A stretch of DNA of 64,000 nt from Lingula anatina (taxonomy: Eukaryota; Animalia; Brachiopoda), in contig CM120642.1 of NCBI GenBank assembly GCA_051362555.1, positions 28,706,001-28,770,000 on the forward strand. The letters run 5' to 3'. The translations under genes were made by a program, and so were the position numbers. Of this stretch, positions 63,623 through 64,000 are shown one piece after another; position 1 is the stretch's first letter; every line of letters starts with the position of its first letter. Under the pieces are notes generated by a model. The model was given only the letters and a program-made list of their open reading frames with translations. It had not been told where the DNA came from and ran no database searches.

Positions 63623-64000
63623 CTGAAATGACAAATTATATGTAATGTAGGGTAGAGGCAGGCTGTTTGCTTCACCAGTCAACTTCAACACATATTTTTC
63701 ATCAACACTTGCTAATGCTAAAGTTATTCCAGAATAATTACCATAACTACCATTTTGGTGGTAATAAAGTTACAAAATAACTAACTTATTTTAAATAAAT
63801 AAAAGCAACAAGTGAGAGTGTGCTCTGTTTCAATTTCATTGACTCAAGTCTGCAATAAGATAGACAAAAGTGTTCTAATAAAGTTAGCTCTGGCAGTTAC
63901 TGATGCCAAAATTGTTAAGGATTAACAAAAGAGTACCTTCTTAATTGTTTAATTAACTCCACAAAATGCATCTTTTAATTTTTCAACTTATTATTTACAA

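Overview
Eukaryotic, AT-rich, intron-rich animal DNA; repeat types and gene style suggest a marine invertebrate, probably lophotrochozoan (inference). It holds two convergent genes. The first is an intronless rhodopsin-class neuropeptide-type GPCR (1175..2332, +). The second is most of a crumbs (Crb) gene on the minus strand: 30 coding exons from 63622 down to 18482, all with GT-AG junctions and consistent phases, totalling 6848 nt (~2280 aa) and encoding ~40 EGF repeats, 3 laminin-G domains, a TM segment, the FERM-binding GTYSPS..E motif and C-terminal ERLI. Its 5' end lies beyond the window. The main finding is two apparent internal first exons inside crumbs introns, each encoding a signal peptide and a phase-matched donor. 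One (60477..60561) predicts a ~2267-aa near-full-length isoform. The other (30654..30709) predicts a ~572-aa isoform with 12 EGF repeats, TM and tail but no laminin-G domains. Introns also carry a 7.8-kb nested Helentron-type element (containing an RTE-X-like LINE, a MITE, a second small element and a 161-bp satellite), several MITE families, minisatellites and a Fox/ETS motif cluster.
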